From an uncultured delta proteobacterium (GTDB taxonomy: Bacteria; Myxococcota; Myxococcia; SLRQ01), in contig CAVSGM010000011.1 of NCBI GenBank assembly GCA_963727485.1, forward strand, positions 320,001 to 384,000: 64,000 nucleotides of DNA, written 5' to 3'. The notes under the pieces were generated by a model. The model did no database searches, was not told the origin of the DNA, and worked only from the letters and a program-made list of their open reading frames with translations. The position numbers were made by a program, and so were the translations under genes. Below are positions 42,987 to 52,921 of the stretch, piece after piece; position 1 is the first letter of the stretch; each line of letters starts with the position of its first letter.

Positions 42987-43657
42987 CTACGGGCAGTTCA
43001 CGTCGTTGTAGTCGTTGAACGGCGTGCCCGCGGGGGCGGTGGCGTCGCCGCCGGAGAGGCCGCCCGGGCAGGTGCTGGGGTCGGTGCCGTCGGTGCCGGC
43101 GATGAACCAGGCGTCGAGCTGGGTGTCGTTATCGACGTTGCCCGACGGCGGTGCCCCAGAAGGTGCACGCGGGGCAGGTGCCGGGCACGCCGGGCTTGGC
43201 GCCGGGGTCGCCTGGCCGGTGGCCGGCTTCCAGGAGATGCCGCCGAACGACGCTACGTTGCCCATGGGGTAGGCGGCGACGTCGCGCGGTGTCGAACTTG
43301 ACCCCGTCGACGCTGATCCAGTCGACGTCGGTGCCGGGTCGCCCTCGGCGCGTCTTGGTACGGTCGATGGAGGTACCGGACCGTCGCCGAGGTAGTAGGC
43401 GTACCGGTTGCCGCGCTCCGGGGCGAAGCCGATCAGCTTCAGCTGCGGACTCGTACTTGTCGTGCTCCTGGAAGTAAGACCGCTCGGCGGTGAACATCGC
43501 CTTGAGGTTGCTCTTGGCCTCGGACTGCTTCGAGCGGGCCTGGAACTTGATGAAGTTCGGGATGGCGATCGCCGCCAGGATGCCGATGATGGCGACGACG
43601 ATCATGAGCTCGATCAGGGTGAAGCCTTGATCCCTGCGCTTCTTCAGAAAGGACCAT
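42987..43657 (-). CDS. pilA: Major type IVa pilin PilA (large myxobacterial type); at least six apparent frame switches in this sequence
   Basis: [51 protein letters not shown]. Segments [45 protein letters not shown] and [12 protein letters not shown] alternate between two frames. Confidence 0.9.
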
Positions 43658-43708
43658 GCTGTCTCCAGTGGTGGATTGGGGTGACGGGGCGTTGCTCCTC
43701 GTCCCTAC

Positions 43709-43726
43709 ATGCAGTGGGCGTGCCGA
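43709..43726 (-). promoter_or_regulatory. Sigma54 promoter of pilA
   Basis: Minus strand TCGGCACGCCCACTGCAT with GG-N10-GC spacing, about 52 bp upstream of the ATG. pilA is known to be PilR/sigma54-dependent in Myxococcus, Geobacter and Pseudomonas. Confidence 0.75.
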
Positions 43727-43814
43727 GACTGAAGCGTGGGCGACATCCGCCAAGCCATTGAATCATGGAGCCCTTGGGGTGTCGAGTCGGTGGACCCGGC
43801 TCCGGTGTGGCGCG

Positions 43815-43856
43815 GGGTGACGAAACGCGTCACCCGATGCCTGACGGGATTGGTCA
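43815..43856. promoter_or_regulatory. Tandem palindromes; candidate PilR enhancer sites
   Basis: Two TGAC-N7-GTCA sites (43818-43832 and 43842-43856), about 95-130 bp upstream of the pilA -24 element. Confidence 0.6.
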
Positions 43857-46211
43857 CCCCTGGGGGCGGCGCCACCGCCGAATCCAGGCGCCGAGGAGGC
43901 CTGCAAGGGTCGCGACCGAGAGCCCCAGCCCCAGCCACAGGCTCGCGGGTACCGGGTACCGGAAGACCACGCGGTGGGCCCCGGCGGGCAGGAGGACCCC
44001 GCGCACCAGGTAGTTGGCGCGGCGGATGGGCACGCGGTGCCCGTCCACCGTGGCCTCCCACCCGGGCATCCAGGCGTCGTTGAGCACCAGGAGTCCCGGC
44101 CGGGTCGGCCGGGCGTCGACGACCACCTCCTCGGGCCGGTAGCTGACGACCCTGGCTGGAGCGGGAACGTCGCGGTCGGCGCCCGGTGCCAGGCCCGGCG
44201 GAGGGGGGCCTTCGACCACGGCCTCCTGGCCCCGGCGGACCGCCGTGCCGTCGAGGGCCCTTCGGGCGGCCTCGGGCCCGGCGACAAAGCGCGGGGTGGT
44301 GACGAAGGCGCGGGGAAGCGCCCCGGCGTTCTCGACGACCACCAGCCCGAGGTCCGGCCGCGAGAGGACCACGGGGGTGGTGGGCAAGTGCTCGGCGAGG
44401 AAGGTCGGTCGGTCGAGGATGTCGAAGCGGCCGTTGAAGATCCCGGCCTCCCGCGTGATCCAGCGGAGGGGATCCCGGTCGATCTCGCGACGGTACCGGG
44501 GGGTGACCACTGGCAGATAGTGGGTCGTGGCCTCGATCCCATAGAGGCCGCACTGGTCGGGGGTGAGCGCCGCCCGGTCCCAGAGGGCGACCCCGGCGAA
44601 GCCCTGGGCGAGGCTCGCGTCCCGGGACCGGGGGACGAGACCGATATCCGTCCCGGCGTAGGTGGTCACCCGGGCGCGTCCCGGGGCCCGGACCCCCCGG
44701 CGGCGCAGGGTGGCCGCCGCCACGCTCGGGCCGGCGAGGACAGAGGTCGGGCCGCTCATCAGGGCGAGCAGCCGCGCGTCGACCGGCAGGAGCTGCCCCA
44801 GGGCCAACGCCGCGGGCAGCAGTACCAGCAGCCGGATCGCTGGTCTCTGTGGCCACCGGTGGCGTCCGAGCCAGCTGACACCGAGTCCCCCAGTGATCAG
44901 CGCACCCACCCCGGCGCCCTCCCGCGCCCGGGCCAGCCAGGTCGCCAGCGCCGGATCGCCGGGGCGGCCAGCCAGGGCCAGGACGGCCGCGGTGAGGGCG
45001 AGCACCGCCCCCAGTCCCAGGGCCACCCGGGCCGCCGGTTGCGGCCGGCGCCATGCCGCGGTGGTGGCGATCCCGGCGAGCAGCGCCAGCAGGACCTGGG
45101 CATAGGGGAGGAGCTTCTCCGGATAGCGGAACGCGTCGAACCGGGGAAGGGCCCACCAGGCGAGCCGGTAGAGGCCCCCGTACCGCCCCAGGGCCAGCCA
45201 GACGCACGCCGCGGCGAGGAGGGCCACTCCCCCGCCGACCCGGCGCCGGCGGCCGGCCACGGGGAGGAGAGCCAGGGCCAGGAGGGGCAGGACGCCAGCG
45301 AAGACGGTGAGCTGCCAGGGGGCCCGGCCGCCACTCGTCACGAGCTGGTAGACGGGTGGGCCTGCACCGCGGGGGACGTAGCGAGTGAGGTCGCCGAGGA
45401 AGAGCTCCGAGAGCCGCAGGGGATGCAGGGACCAGCGGGCGGCCGTGGCCCAGGGGAGGCCGGCCGCCCGGTCAATCTGGCGGAACACGGCGAGCGACGG
45501 CAGAAGCTGGATGCCCGCGAGCCCGAGGCCGAGGAGCCCGGCGGTGGCGACCCGGGCCAGCGCCCGGAAAGGCCCGACCTTCCGGAAGATCGCCGCGGCC
45601 CCCAGGCCCAGGAGGCCGAAGAGGTAGGCGGCCTCGAAGTCCCCGGCGAGAACGGCCCAGGCCACGGCGAGCCCCGCGAGGGTCACGCCCCCCAGCGCCC
45701 GGGGCTGCCGGACGGCGGCGAGCACCCCCAGGAGGAAGAAGGGCAGGGCACTGACGCCCCAGAGGAAGACCTGGTTGTCGAGGGTGGAGACCATGCTCCC
45801 GCCGCCGAGGGCGACGACGAGGGTGACGGCGGCGCCGGCACGGTTGGCGCCGAGGCGCCGGGCGAGCAGCCAGGTGCCCCCAGCGACGAGGCCGGCCGAT
45901 GCCAGGGTGGCCAGGGCGTGTCCGCGGATAGGTCCCACGGCGACGGCGAGCCAGGTGAAGGGGTGGAAGACGGCGGTGACCCCGGCGGCGACGAACGGGG
46001 TCCCGAGGGATTCGAAGGGATACCAGAGCGGCAGGTGCCCCTCTCGCAGCCGCGCCACGGCGAAAGCCTTGATCGGGAAGATGAGGCGGGCCGTGTCCCG
46101 GCTGAAGATCACCTTCCCCAGGAGGAGACGGTGGTAGAGGAGGCCGGCGGTGGCGGCGAGGCCGAGGGGCCACGCCCACCGCGTGCGCGCCCTGCCGCGG
46201 GCTCGGCTCAT
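43854..46211 (-). CDS. YfhO-like polytopic membrane protein (predicted GT-C glycosyltransferase), intact
   Basis: SRDTARLIFP, GHLPLWYPFESLGTPF, FHPFTW, many TM helices, WSLHPLRL, FRYPEK, LPRAFV, LVLNDAWMPGWEATVDG, RANYLVRGVLLPAGAHRVVFRY, terminal TM. Confidence 0.8.
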   Translation of the reverse strand: MSRARGRARTRWAWPLGLAATAGLLYHRLLLGKVIFSRDTARLIFPIKAFAVARLREGHLPLWYPFESLGTPFVAAGVTAVFHPFTWLAVAVGPIRGHALATLASAGLVAGGTWLLARRLGANRAGAAVTLVVALGGGSMVSTLDNQVFLWGVSALPFFLLGVLAAVRQPRALGGVTLAGLAVAWAVLAGDFEAAYLFGLLGLGAAAIFRKVGPFRALARVATAGLLGLGLAGIQLLPSLAVFRQIDRAAGLPWATAARWSLHPLRLSELFLGDLTRYVPRGAGPPVYQLVTSGGRAPWQLTVFAGVLPLLALALLPVAGRRRRVGGGVALLAAACVWLALGRYGGLYRLAWWALPRFDAFRYPEKLLPYAQVLLALLAGIATTAAWRRPQPAARVALGLGAVLALTAAVLALAGRPGDPALATWLARAREGAGVGALITGGLGVSWLGRHRWPQRPAIRLLVLLPAALALGQLLPVDARLLALMSGPTSVLAGPSVAAATLRRRGVRAPGRARVTTYAGTDIGLVPRSRDASLAQGFAGVALWDRAALTPDQCGLYGIEATTHYLPVVTPRYRREIDRDPLRWITREAGIFNGRFDILDRPTFLAEHLPTTPVVLSRPDLGLVVVENAGALPRAFVTTPRFVAGPEAARRALDGTAVRRGQEAVVEGPPPPGLAPGADRDVPAPARVVSYRPEEVVVDARPTRPGLLVLNDAWMPGWEATVDGHRVPIRRANYLVRGVLLPAGAHRVVFRYPVPASLWLGLGLSVATLAGLLGAWIRRWRRPQG

Positions 46212-47808
46212 CGGGGCAATGCCGCCTGCGCAGCATCGAGGATGGCCCACGGGCCCTTGCGGCTCTCGAAGAGGTCGCTGGGCTTGAGCCGGACGAGGGG
46301 GACCTCGAGCCCGGCCCGGGCCTGGACGATCTGGGCGGGGATGTCCGAGAGCAGGCAGGCGTCCCGGTCGCAGTAGAGGGGCGAGTAGACCTGGCGGAGC
46401 CGGGGCAAGGTGGGGTCGGTGCGCGGCAGGAGGACCATGTTCGCGCCGTAGTGCCTGAGGACGGCCACCGGGTCCCGGCCGTCGTTCCCGAGGTTGATGT
46501 TCGCCCGGAGGACCTTGGGGGAGTAGGCCGAGAGGTGACGACCGTCGGCGGCGACCTTCGCCTCGGGCACCGCCCAGAGCATGAGGCCGCCCCAGTCGAA
46601 GTCGTTCCACACATTGCCGTAGAGGTGGTCGAGGTGCATCACCGCGATGGCGTCGGCGGGCGAGGGTGTGGGGTAGTCGATGAAGTGGAGCGCGTCGGGG
46701 GCCCGGAGGGCGAAGAGCCCGAGGAAGCAGGCGGCAGCGAGCCCCGCAGTCAGGCTCCCCAGCCGCTCCAGGCGGTCCCAGCGCACCGACCGCAGGCGCG
46801 CCAGGGCCCGGTCGAGGCTTATGGCCAGCACCGGCGCCAGGAGGATCGGCGCCAATCGCAGGTGGCGGCTCGCCGAGAGGGCCATGAGGTCGGCGCCGAT
46901 GAGCAGGGCCCAGTAGCGGAGCTGACGCCGCGGCAGGAGGAACACCGCCAGCAGGGTGACGACCGCCAAGGCCGCGAGCCCGTGCCGCTCCACGGGCACG
47001 AGCTGGTGTACGTGCCACAGGGGCATCCACTCCCGGTCGAGGAGTCGGGCCCCGCTGTCGAGGTGTTCGAGGGCCACGGTCACCGTGCGCCACCCGAAGG
47101 GTGTTGCCATGGCGAAGGGTGCGGCCACCACCGGGACCAGCGCCGCCTCCCAGGCCCGGACGTTGGTTCCCCCCGGTGCTCGACCCAGGCGGATCTCCCA
47201 GGGCCAGGGTCGCCGAGAGGCCGGCGAGGATCGCCCAGCCACCGATCCAGCCGCCGTGGAGGTTGGCCCAGATCCCGATCACCAGGGGTGTCGCCCAGAG
47301 CCAGGCGCGCCGGCCCCGGAGGGCCGGGAGCACCACCAGGGGGGTGAGCACGAAGGTGAAGAGCTGCGGGCGCAGCAGCTCGTACCCGATCCACGAGGCG
47401 TTGACCGCGAGAGCCAGCACCACCAGCCGGGTGAGCGTGCGACCGGTGGTCAGGTACACCTCCGCCCCGATGCCCAGGACCGCCAGGGTCACCAGCAGCC
47501 ACTTGAGGAGGATGAGCCCCGGCGCCCCCCAGGTGTGGTGGGCCGCTCGGAAGAGCACGCACGACGCCCAATCGTGACGAACCACCTCGCGATTGGGCTC
47601 GGTGAAGCTCTGGTGGTTCCGGGCCACCAGCCGCCCGGTCGCCGCGACGTCCCGGCCGTAGGCGAGCATCCACCCGAGGTCGGTGTTGACCGGGGTGAAG
47701 GCGTTGGCGAACACGCCCAGGGAGATGGCCGCCAGGAGTGGCAGCAGGGCGGCCGCGCGTCCTCCACGGGGGGACAGTCGCGGATTGGGCTGTAGGCGGG
47801 GTCGGCAT
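46208..47808 (-). CDS. Polytopic membrane protein, GT-C-like (distinct from YfhO); apparent frameshifts near 47770 and 47198
   Basis: TM followed by a loop DLGWMLAYGR...SFT...HDW, RPQLFTF, WANLHGGW, TPFGW, EWMP, WNDFDWGGLMLW, DGR. Start codon is uncertain. Confidence 0.6.
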
Positions 47809-47937
47809 GCGGCCTGCGCGCTCGGAGCGTGAGAGGACGGCAAACCGTAGCACCAGTCCGACCCACGGGCACCCCGCGGACCGGGGGCGGGTGGCCGTCC
47901 ACGCCGTGGTCCCTGTGAACGCCAACGTCGCCGCCAC

Positions 47938-50336
47938 CTACGGCCCGGAGGGTCGGGCGGCGACGACGCCGGCGCCGGAGGACCAGCCAGCCGAGGGCGG
48001 CCAGGCCCAGCGCCGAGGTCGCGCCGCCGGCGACGAGGCTCGCCGGGATCCGGTAGCGGAAGACGACCCGGTGGGTCCCCGCCGGGAGCAGCACTCCGCG
48101 CACCAGGTAGTTCGCGCGGCGGAGCGTGGCCGGGGCGCCGTCGACGGTCACCCTCCACCCGGGGAAGTCGGCGTCGGTCAGGACCAGGACCCCGGGCGCC
48201 GCTGACCGTGGCGTCGATGACGACCCGCTCCGGAGCGTAGGTGACGATGCGCGCCGGCGATCGGCGCCACCCGCGGGGCCTCCCCCGCGAAGCGGCGCCG
48301 CCGGCGGGCCCTCGAGGGCGGCGACCCGGCCCGCCGCGACCGCGTGGGTCGGCGAGGGCGGCCCGGGCAGCGGCGCCGCCGGCGACGAACCGCGGGGTGG
48401 TCACGAAGGCCCGGGGCAGGACCCCGGGCGCCTCGGTGATCACCAGTCCCAGGTCCGGCCGGTCGAGGACCACCGGGCCCCAGGCGCCCGGCCTGGCCTC
48501 GAACGACGGCCGGTCGAGGAGCCGATACCGGCCGTTGAAGATCGCGGCGTCCCGGGTGGCCCACGCCCGGGGGCGCCCGCTGACCTCCCGCCGGTATCGC
48601 CCGGTGACCACCGGCAGGTAGTGGCCGGTGGACTCGAGGCCGAAGGCGCCGGAGACGTCGGGCGCCAGGGCCGCCCGGCCCCAGCGGGCCCGCCCCAGGA
48701 AGCCGCCGGCGACGTCGGGATCGTCGCTTCGCACCGTGAGGCCGATGGGGGTGCCGATGAAGGTGGTGATCCGGGCGCGGCCCGGCCCCTGGAGCCCCTG
48801 GCGCGCCAAGGCGGTGGCCCCGGCGCTGGGGCCGGTGAGGGTGGAGGCCGGTCCGGACATGCTCGCGATCAGCCGGGCGTCCACCGGAGCGAGGCGGGCG
48901 AGGGCAACCAGGGCCGGCACCCACACCAGCACGGGCCGGAGCCGGGCGAGGGCTGGCCGACGACCGGCGACCCACACCAGGGCCAGCACCGCGGCGACCG
49001 CGGCGGCCGCGACCGCCCCGTGGCTGGCCCGGGTGAGCCAGGTCGCGAGGCGGGGGTCGCCGGGTGCGGGGAGGGCGAGGCCGGCGCCCAGGAGCACCAG
49101 GGCCACCGCGGTGGCGACGGCCACCCGGACGCTCGGCCCGGGCCGGCGCCAGGCCGCGGTCACCCCCAGGCCTGCGACGACCGCCAGGAGCACCTGGACG
49201 AAGGGCAGGAGCTTCTCGGGATAGCGGAAGGCGTCCCAGACGGGCAGGGCGAGGAATGCCAGGTGGTAGAGCCCACCGTGGCGGCCAAGGGCGAGCCAGA
49301 GGAGGCCGCCGGCGACGGCGAGCAGGGTCCCGGCGACCCGGCGGCGTCGGCCCGCGAGGAGGATCCCGGCCCCGAGGAGCGGGAGCACCCCCAGGAAGGC
49401 GGTGAGCTGCCAGGGCGCCCGGGCCCCGGCCACGACCAGGGCGCGGACATCGGGGCCGGTGCCCTGGGAGGAGTAGCGGACGAGGTCGCCGAGGAAGAGC
49501 TCCGGGAGCCGCAGGGGGTGCATCGACCACCGGGTCGCCACGGCCCAGGGCAGGCCGTGGGCCCGGTCGATGTGCCGGAGGGCGGCGAGCGAGGGCAGCA
49601 CCTGCACCGCGGCGAGCACCAGGGCCCCGGCACCGGCGAGGCCCACCCGGAGCACCGCCCGGGGCCAGGCCACCCGGCGCCGGAGGAGCACCCCGGTCGC
49701 CAGGCCCACGAGGCCGAAAACGTAGGCCGCCTCGAAGTCGCCGGCCAGGAGGGCCCAGCACACCGCGCCGCCGGCGAGGAGCATCCCCGGCAGCGGGTCC
49801 CGGCGGCGGACGGCGCCGAGGACGCCGACCAGGAAGAAGGGGAAGGCCGTCGCGCCCCAGAGGAAGGTCTGGTTGTCGAGGGTGGAGACGAAGCTGCCGC
49901 CGCCGACGGCGACCACCAGGGCGGCGGCGGCCCCCGGCCGGGAGGCGCCGAGGCGTCGGGCGAGGGCGAAGGTCCCGGCCCCGGTGAGGCCGACGCAGGC
50001 CAGGGTGGCCAGCGCGTGGCCGGCGACCGGCCCCACGACGACGGCGAGCCAGGTGAGCGGGTGGAAGACGGCGGTGACCCCGGCGGCGAGGCACGGCGTG
50101 CCCAGGGACTCGTAGGGGTACCACAGGGGCAGATGCCCGTGGCGCAGGCGGGCCACCACGTAGGCCTTGAGGGGGAAGAGGAGCCGGTTGGTGTCGCGGC
50201 TCACGACCACGTCGCCGAGGAGGAGACGGTGGTAGGACAGGGCCAGCACCGCCGCGAGGCTGGTAGCGGCGGTGGCGAGGGACGCCGCCGGGCCGGTACC
50301 GACGATTCTCGGGGCCAGGCGACGGGGGCGGGTCAA
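47938..50336 (-). CDS. YfhO-like membrane protein paralog (predicted GT-C); several apparent frameshifts in the 3' part (about 48350-47950)
   Basis: SRDTNRLLFP, GHLPLWYPYESLGTP, LDNQTFLWG, LAGDFEAAY, WSMHPLRL, FRYPEK, RRANYLVRGVLLPAGTHRVVFRY. TTG overlaps the upstream stop. End coordinate is approximate. Confidence 0.75.
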
Positions 50337-52794
50337 CGCGTTGGCTCCGGGGCTGGGAGCCTCCGCCGCCGTCGCCACGCGGCGACCAGGACCAGCACCG
50401 CCCAGAGGCCCAGGCTCGCGCCGGTGAGGCTGGCGCCCAGCACCAGGCCCCGGGTCCGGAACCGGAAGACCACGTCGTGGACCCCGGCGGGCACGGGTAC
50501 CGCCCGCACCAGGGCATTGGCGGGGAGGATCGGCGCCGGGTGGCCGTCGACGGTGGCGCGCCACCCCGGGTACCAGGCGTCGTTGAGGACCAGGACGGCA
50601 GGCGCCGAGGCGTCCACGCTCACCTCGACCCGCTCGGGGAGCTGGCTCACGAGGCGCGCCCGGCCCAGGGGGCCCGGGGGCGCCGCGGCGAGGGGATGCC
50701 GGCACTCGACGATTGCCTCGGAGCCGAGCTCGAAGGTGCCGGTGGCGACCGCGCGCATGGCCTGATCCGGGCTGGCGACACAGCGTGGCCTGGCCAGGTA
50801 CGCCCGGGGCAGGGGAGCCGGCGTTTCCAGCAGGCTAGGGCCAGGAGGGGGCTGCGGGCGACGACCCGGTCCGGCGGGAACCGGAGGCCCGGCCGCCGGA
50901 CGCGATCGACCACGAGGTAGCGCACGGAGAAGAGGCGTGCGAGGCGAAAGAACCAGAGCCGGGTGGCCGCCGTGGCCCCGGCCACGCGCTGGCTGGCAGC
51001 GGGGAGGTAGGCGCCCGCCGAGGCGACTCCGTCGAGGGCGCCGACGTCCGGGACCATCGCGGTGGAGAGGAAGGCGGTGACCCCGTCGATGAGGGAGACG
51101 CCGGGGAGGCGGCGGAAGGTCGTGTTCGGTGCGACCGTGTACACCCAATCCGGCGGTTCGGGCGGCCGGGCCGGGGCATGACCGGCCGCCGTGAGCAGCG
51201 CGTTTCCCGAGCGAAGCGCCGCCCGATCCCCGACGACATAGAGGGGGGCGTTCGCCTGGTAGAGCATCGCCAGGGTGACCGCGGCGAGGAGGATGTGCTT
51301 GAGCCGGGCGTGTCGCACCCCACCGAGCACCATCGCGAAGAGCCCAGCGGTCACGACGCCGACGAGGCTCCACCGAAGAAAGCCCTGGTGCAGATGCGTC
51401 CTCACCGCCTCTGGAACGGGTCCGGACCAGAGGGAGGCCAGACCGGTCCGGGTCACCACGCCGGTGAGGGCCTCGAGGCTCGCGAGGCCCGCCGCGGCCA
51501 GGGCGCCGCCCCCTAGGAGCAACACCGTTCGGCGGCGCCACGGCTGGAAGGTCAGGGCGGCCTGGAGCCCGAAGCCGGCGCCGAGGGCGAGGAGCAGGGT
51601 GGGCAGCCAGGCGAGCTTCACCGGGAACCGGAACACGTGCCAGAGCGGCAGGTACCGGAACGCCAGACCGTAGAGGGGTGTGTAGCGGCCGAGGGTGAGC
51701 AGGGTGACGAGGACCACGGCGCCGGCGAGGATCCAGGTGGCGGGCCGGCGGCGGTTCGCTGCCACGCCCACCATCACCAGGGCGGCGGTGGGTGCGCCGA
51801 GGTAGAGCGAATCCACCCACAGGCCCGGCAGGGTGCCGGTGTGGAGCAGTCGGCTGGCGATGGCTGCATGGACCTTGGTGCCGTACCCGGCGAACAGAGG
51901 GCCGAGGAACGGGGTGACGAGACGTATCGGGTGGAGGGACCAGCGCTCGGCGCTGGCCAGGGTCTGGCCCTGGGCCCGAATCGCGGGCAGGGTCAGGAGG
52001 ACGGGCAGGATCTGGATCGCGGCGAAGAGGCCCGCGGTCGCGGCCAGGACCCCGGCGATGCCGAGCCCGCGCCAAGGGTCCGCCCGGCCCCGCCGGACCA
52101 GGACGACCCCGGCGGCGAGAGCCGTCGCCATGACGAAGGCGAGAGGGTCCCCGGCGAGGAGGACCAGGGCCAGCGTGAGGCCCGCGGCCCCGATCCGGCT
52201 CGGGGTCGGCCGCTCGGCGGCACGGTCGGCGAGCCACAGGGCTCCGGGGACCGTGGCGGCGGCGGTGAGGTACGCCAGGTTGTTGGTGATGCAGACGAGG
52301 TAACCGCTGAAGGCGAAGAGGAGGCCCGAGACGGTTGCCGCCGTGCGGCCGAGGCCAAAGCGTCGCGTCAGCCCCCAGGTCCCCACGAAGGCGATGGGAA
52401 AGTTCACCAGGATGGCCGCCTTCATGGCCGTGAGCAGCGGCAGCACCAGGAAGAGCAGGTTCTGGGGATGGAAGACGCCGGCGACCGTCGCCACCGGCAG
52501 GGACTGTCCGAGGGCGTCGAAGGGGTACCAGTCGGCGAACCCGCCGCCGAGGATGCGCCCGGCCCAGTAGGCCTTGGTCGGCAGGTACACACGCAGGATG
52601 TCCCGGAAGATGAAGACCTGCCCGGTGAACACCGCCTTCCAGAAGAAGATCGCCACGAGGCCGAGGCCCAGGGCCGCACTGGCGAGGACCTCCGGCCGGG
52701 GCGTGACCCGGGCCCCACGAGCGGGGCTGGTCCAGCGGGGCCTCGCCGGGTCTCCGGCAGCGTGCGGGGTCGGCGGCTCGGCCACGTGCGTCAC
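50333..52794 (-). CDS. YfhO-like membrane protein, divergent paralog (predicted GT-C); one apparent frameshift near 50835
   Basis: FIFRDILRVYLP, WYPFDALGQ, FHPQNL, WSLHPIRL, FRFPVK, then LPRAYL...LVLNDAWYPGWRATVDG...ANALVRAVPVPAGVHDVVFRF in the next frame. Confidence 0.78.
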
Positions 52795-52921
52795 CCTACC
52801 ATCGCTCCGACCTCTGAAGATCGGGGACGAGGTTGCTCGCCCCGGGCCCGGGAGCCCACGGTCGGCGCCCCGAACGGGTTCTGGACGCCGCCCCCGCCGG
52901 TGGGCGACAACGGAAGCCACC

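Noticed and set aside
42987..43657. PilA as a short electrically conductive e-pilin
   Set aside because: The reconstructed protein is about 220 aa with a Cys-containing globular domain of myxobacterial type. The short ORFs come from frameshifts.
43854..50705. 2283-aa ORF suggesting one giant membrane protein
   Set aside because: It is a chance in-frame join of three genes caused by indels and stop-poor GC-rich sequence. Internal starts overlap upstream stops, and the junctions are non-protein-like.
29616..52860. Site-specific invertible element (CCCCGGGCCC at both ends of the inverted block)
   Set aside because: The shared word is short, GC-only and common here, and no recombinase is present in the window.
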